Below are positions 60,621-64,000 of a stretch of 64,000 nucleotides of DNA, one piece after another. The notes under the pieces are model-generated. The model did no database searches. It had not been told where the DNA came from and was given only the letters and a program-made list of their open reading frames with translations. Source of the DNA: an uncultured bacterium (GTDB taxonomy: Bacteria; Patescibacteriota; Patescibacteriia; Magasanikbacterales; GWA2-37-8); contig CALCZC010000028.1 in NCBI GenBank assembly GCA_937903605.1, forward strand, positions 6,680-70,679, written 5' to 3'. The stretch's first letter is position 1. Every line of letters begins with the position of its first letter. Made by a program: the position numbers and the translations under genes.

Positions 60621-61700
60621 TTAGGCGATATTTTTATAAAAATTCATATTTCCGGCGTTTTTGATAATACCCCTCATTTCCAAAAGCACCATGATAGTGC
60701 TGACTTGAGGGGCGGGTAACCCTGATTCGCGGATGATAAAATCAATGTTTTTTGGCTCGGTTGAGAGAAAATTTAGTATTTTTTCTTCTTCCGGAGAAAA
60801 ATTCATCACTGATTGTTTTATGGTTTGTTCAACCGCCATGTTTAAATTTAGAATTTCCAAAATATCAGTGGCTTTCAGCACCAATTTGGCATTTTTTTGC
60901 AATAATAAATTACCCCCGGCTCCCAAAATAGATGTTATAGGGTGGGGAAAACAAAGAACTTCGCGATTGTATTCACGGGCGTTTTCCGCAGTAATGAGAG
61001 ATCCGGAACCCACAGGAGCTTCTACCACCAGAGTTGCGGGAGTGGATCCGGCAATGAGGCGATTACGAAGAGGAAAAGAATAAGCGGTTGGTTCAAAACC
61101 GGGTGGATATTCGGAAATCACCGCTCCGTCGTTTTTGATAATCTCTTCAGCCAGTTTTTGATTGGAAGCGGGATAAATTTCTCTTTGCACTACACTACTG
61201 CCCAGATATGCCACGGTTTTTCCACCGGCTTTCAGAGTGTATTCATGAACCAAAGCGTCTATCCCAAGCGCTAGTCCGGATACGATAACAAAGCCTCTAT
61301 TCACCAAAGGGGCGGTGATTTGTTCCAACGCCATTTTGGCGTAAGTGCTATGTTTGCGCGTGCCAACGACACTTAGGCTGCGAGGGGTAAGTGGTGGAAT
61401 TTTACCGCGCACAAAAAGAGTAAAAGGCGGATCCGGAATTTTTTTGAGCAGTTCAGGGTATTCTGCATCATTTATATTTATAATTCTGACATTTTCTTTA
61501 TTCAAAATTTCTTGTAGTTTTTCTTTGGTTTGCTGTTCGCGCCAAGAGATAAATTCTGCGGATATATTTTCTTCCCAGCCCGCACTCATAAAGTCAGACA
61601 CCTCGGCATTCCAAATATCTTTTGGGTTAATAAAATAATTCACCGCCTTTTTAAAGCGGGAATAGGTGATCTTAGGAAAAAACGACAACAGTAAGTACAT
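60621..61700 (-). CDS. dprA: DNA processing protein DprA (Smf)
   Basis: Rossmann-like core VVSGLALGIDALVHEYTLKAGGKTVAYLGSSV and a C-terminal winged-helix region. Confidence 0.85.
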   Translation of the reverse strand: MYLLLSFFPKITYSRFKKAVNYFINPKDIWNAEVSDFMSAGWEENISAEFISWREQQTKEKLQEILNKENVRIININDAEYPELLKKIPDPPFTLFVRGKIPPLTPRSLSVVGTRKHSTYAKMALEQITAPLVNRGFVIVSGLALGIDALVHEYTLKAGGKTVAYLGSSVVQREIYPASNQKLAEEIIKNDGAVISEYPPGFEPTAYSFPLRNRLIAGSTPATLVVEAPVGSGSLITAENAREYNREVLCFPHPITSILGAGGNLLLQKNAKLVLKATDILEILNLNMAVEQTIKQSVMNFSPEEEKILNFLSTEPKNIDFIIRESGLPAPQVSTIMVLLEMRGIIKNAGNMNFYKNIA

Positions 61701-61721
61701 TGGTTTGAGAAAAGTTGTTTT

Positions 61722-61926
61722 AACTCAAAACTCAAATGTCAAAAGTCAAAACCAAAGCCTTAAATGTCAAAACTGACGATAAGTGTCATTACGAATCCGC
61801 AAAGCGGATGAAGTAATCCCACTGCTTTCTGAATTTTGTGGGATTGCTTCGTCATTACACTCCTCGCAATGACAAGGTTTTAAGGTTTTGAGTTGTAGTT
61901 TTGAGTTTTGCGTTTTGAGATTTGAG
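61722..61926. repeat. MITE-like element (~205 bp) with CTCAAAACTCAAATGTCAAA-type terminal inverted repeats, carrying a nested GTCATTAC...AATGAC palindrome
   Basis: Left arm AACTCAAAACTCAAATGTCAAAAGTCAAAACC. Right arm GGTTTTGAGTTGTAGTTTTGAGTTTTGCGTTTTGAG. Internal GTCATTACGAATCCGCAAAGCGGATGAAGTAATCCC...GGGATTGCTTCGTCATTAC. Confidence 0.65.
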
Positions 61927-61929
61927 ATA

Positions 61930-62457
61930 TTATTTTTGCGTAATTTTGCCAACAATTTCTTTGATAATATCTTCCAAACTTGTCAGTTCCGTCTTCGTAA
62001 AATTCATTAGCACAAACTCCGCCGTGTCTCCCATCTTCTCCTTGTCTTCCCAAGCTACGCCGATGCGGATGCGGGCAAAATCTTGCGTGCCCAGGTGTTC
62101 AATGATAGATTTTATACCATTGTGTCCGGCTGCGGATCTGTTGTTTTGATATTTTACCTCCCCAAACAAAATATCTTTGTCGTCTTGAACAACAATAATA
62201 TCTTTAATTTTAATTTTATAAAAATCCATAACCGCGCGTACCGGAGAGCCCGATAAATTCATGAAAGTTTGCGGTTTGAGCAATACCACATCTTCGTTTT
62301 CCAATTTTACTTGCGCTATTTCGGCGTTGAATTTTTTTTGAAACTTAAAATCCGCGCCTAAAACTTTCGCAAGCGCGTCAACCACTATAAAACCGGCATT
62401 ATGCCGTGTTTTAGCGTATTCTTTTCCAGGATTTCCCAGGCCGATAATAAGTTTCAT
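61930..62457 (-). CDS. pth: Peptidyl-tRNA hydrolase
   Basis: MKLIIGLGNPGKEYAKTRHNAGF. Confidence 0.9.
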   Translation of the reverse strand: MKLIIGLGNPGKEYAKTRHNAGFIVVDALAKVLGADFKFQKKFNAEIAQVKLENEDVVLLKPQTFMNLSGSPVRAVMDFYKIKIKDIIVVQDDKDILFGEVKYQNNRSAAGHNGIKSIIEHLGTQDFARIRIGVAWEDKEKMGDTAEFVLMNFTKTELTSLEDIIKEIVGKITQK

Positions 62458-62598
62458 ATGGATATAGTATAGAGTATTTGGTATTTTGTATCAAGCTTGC
62501 CCCGTGAATTGCGAAGCAATTTTTACGGGGTAAAAAAAGCCCGCTGCTTGCAGCGGGCCGAATGAAAGGAGTATCGAGGTTTTTTGTCCGCCCCCTAC

Positions 62599-62805
62599 TC
62601 ACTTTTTGAGAAATGATCGCGAGGAAAAGAGAATAAACATAAAGGTCGGGAAAAGGACAATCGACTTTTTCCACCACTCCCATTTGTCAAACTGGAAAAA
62701 GAAATTCGCTAGATAAAGGAAAAATCCGAACAAGAGACCCAAAAAGATAGTGACAAGAACAAGACGGGTGTTTTCCTTGTTAAAGAAGGCCTTAACTTTT
62801 TCCAT
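62599..62805 (-). CDS. Small hypothetical membrane protein
   Basis: MEKVKAFFNKENTRLVLVTIFLGLLFGFFLY... Two hydrophobic segments. Confidence 0.3.
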   Translation of the reverse strand: MEKVKAFFNKENTRLVLVTIFLGLLFGFFLYLANFFFQFDKWEWWKKSIVLFPTFMFILFSSRSFLKK

Positions 62806-63190
62806 GGCTTCCTCCGCCACAAAGTTGTTAGAATGTACGATAACAGTACATTGTAGCACATTTTGGCTGTTTTGTCAATGGTTAGCCATTTTTTGGTTTT
62901 AATTGGTCAACAATCACAAAGGCGAACATTTAAAAATACGAACAAATTTTGTTAAGGAGCGAAGCGTTAAGAAATTCTACTGTTTGAGGAATGTAATGAC
63001 GAGTTTAGAATTTTAGCGTAGCGAGCTTTACAAAATTGTGAGGATTTTTAACAGTGAGCGATTTTCTTTCAGTCCATTTTCTTTTCTAAAAAGAAAGTGG
63101 ACGAAAAGAGTGATAGCGGGATGAATATATTTAGCAAGAAGGATGTTGGAATAACAAGGGAGACAAAAAATCGCCCTTTCGGACGATTTT

Positions 63191-64000
63191 TTATCTATAT
63201 CTTTGCGCAGTGCGCACAAACTTCCTTTGTTTTCTTGTCGGCTTATTTCCGGCTTTTCTTTCCTGTCTATTAAATGAAACTTGTTTTAATTTGGAAACTT
63301 TGATTATAAGCGGAGTGGCAAAAAAGCCAAATTTTTCACGTAAGCGTTTTTTGAGATATTGGATATAAGAGTTATGTAAAGAAGTTTTAACCTTGATAAG
63401 CAACTCAAACACAGGCGGATTGCTGGCCAACTGTTTCAAACTCAAAATTTTCGGATGACGAACACCCTTGCCGGTTGTCGGCATCTTTTTATGAGTAGTG
63501 TTTTTGAGGAATTCTTTGAGCGTAGCGTCGTCTATCGTAATTTGTCTGGCTTCATACGCCTGCTTGATAAGCGGGAAAATTTGGTGTACGCGATATTGGG
63601 ATTTGGCGCTGACAAAAACAATAGGCGCGAAATCCAAGTGAGGAAAATTGTTATAAATCAATTGTTTAACTTCTCCTCTAAATTCATCATCATTGGCTTC
63701 GGCTTTATCCCATTTGTTTATAACGATAATCGTACTTTTGGTATGTTCTTTGAGAAATCCGCCAAGCTGTTGATCTTGATCGGTTATTGGTTCACCTGCA
63801 TCCAATACAAACAAAACTATATCTGATTTATTTATCGCTTCCAAACTTTTACCAATACCGATTTTTTCTAATTCTCCGGAAACTTTAGTTTTTCTTCTTA
63901 TTCCGGCTGTGTCTACAAACAATAAGTTTGTTCCTTCAGCTTCTATCAAAATATCATGTGGTTCACGTGTGGTGTGTGGCATATCACTGACGATAACCCT
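63191..64000 (-). CDS. der: GTPase Der (EngA), C-terminal portion (second G-domain + KH-like domain); N-terminus lies beyond the window
   Basis: RVIVSDMPHTTREP (G2), FVDTAGIRRK (G3), INKWDK (G4), then a KH-like tail. Frame is open to position 64000. Confidence 0.8.
   Translation of the reverse strand, partial: RVIVSDMPHTTREPHDILIEAEGTNLLFVDTAGIRRKTKVSGELEKIGIGKSLEAINKSDIVLFVLDAGEPITDQDQQLGGFLKEHTKSTIIVINKWDKAEANDDEFRGEVKQLIYNNFPHLDFAPIVFVSAKSQYRVHQIFPLIKQAYEARQITIDDATLKEFLKNTTHKKMPTTGKGVRHPKILSLKQLASNPPVFELLIKVKTSLHNSYIQYLKKRLREKFGFFATPLIIKVSKLKQVSFNRQERKAGNKPTRKQRKFVRTAQRYR

Noticed and set aside
63028-63219. 63-aa ORF upstream of der
   Set aside because: It overlaps the der terminator and promoter-proximal region, has no RBS and is not conserved-looking. 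It is probably spurious.

Overview
Low-GC (~35%) window with small, tightly packed genes, consistent with a CPR/Patescibacteria (Parcubacteria-like) bacterium. Core content: (i) a tandem array of 11 paralogous small secreted two-helix pilin-like genes (271-5330) plus a 12th copy at 7190-7918, four of which carry cysteine-rich, defensin-patterned C-terminal modules; (ii) rpsO, an NYN-domain gene and pnp; (iii) an unlinked 23S-5S rRNA unit with its own promoter and no 16S; (iv) a glmS / GlmU-N-domain / HAD / fba cluster; (v) rpsL-rpsG-fusA, then three lineage-specific charged proteins, then tuf and a long S10-spc ribosomal cluster through secY-adk-map (no L30); (vi) ruvX, recO, parA, parB, rel, topA, dprA, pth and a partial der; (vii) five tRNAs (His, Arg, Leu-TAG, Leu-CAA) with duplicated tRNA-Leu fragments beside both Leu genes. 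The standout is a complete diversity-generating retroelement (56127-59783). It has a 609-aa target gene whose last 131 nt (VR) differ from a downstream template repeat (TR) at 15 positions, every one an adenine in the TR. It also has an Avd-like four-helix-bundle gene on the opposite strand, a reverse transcriptase with the DGR-type LGNLTSQ and YADD motifs, and an 11-G homopolymer at the RT 5' end. Two families of palindromic MITE/REP-like repeats and several candidate small RNAs are also present.
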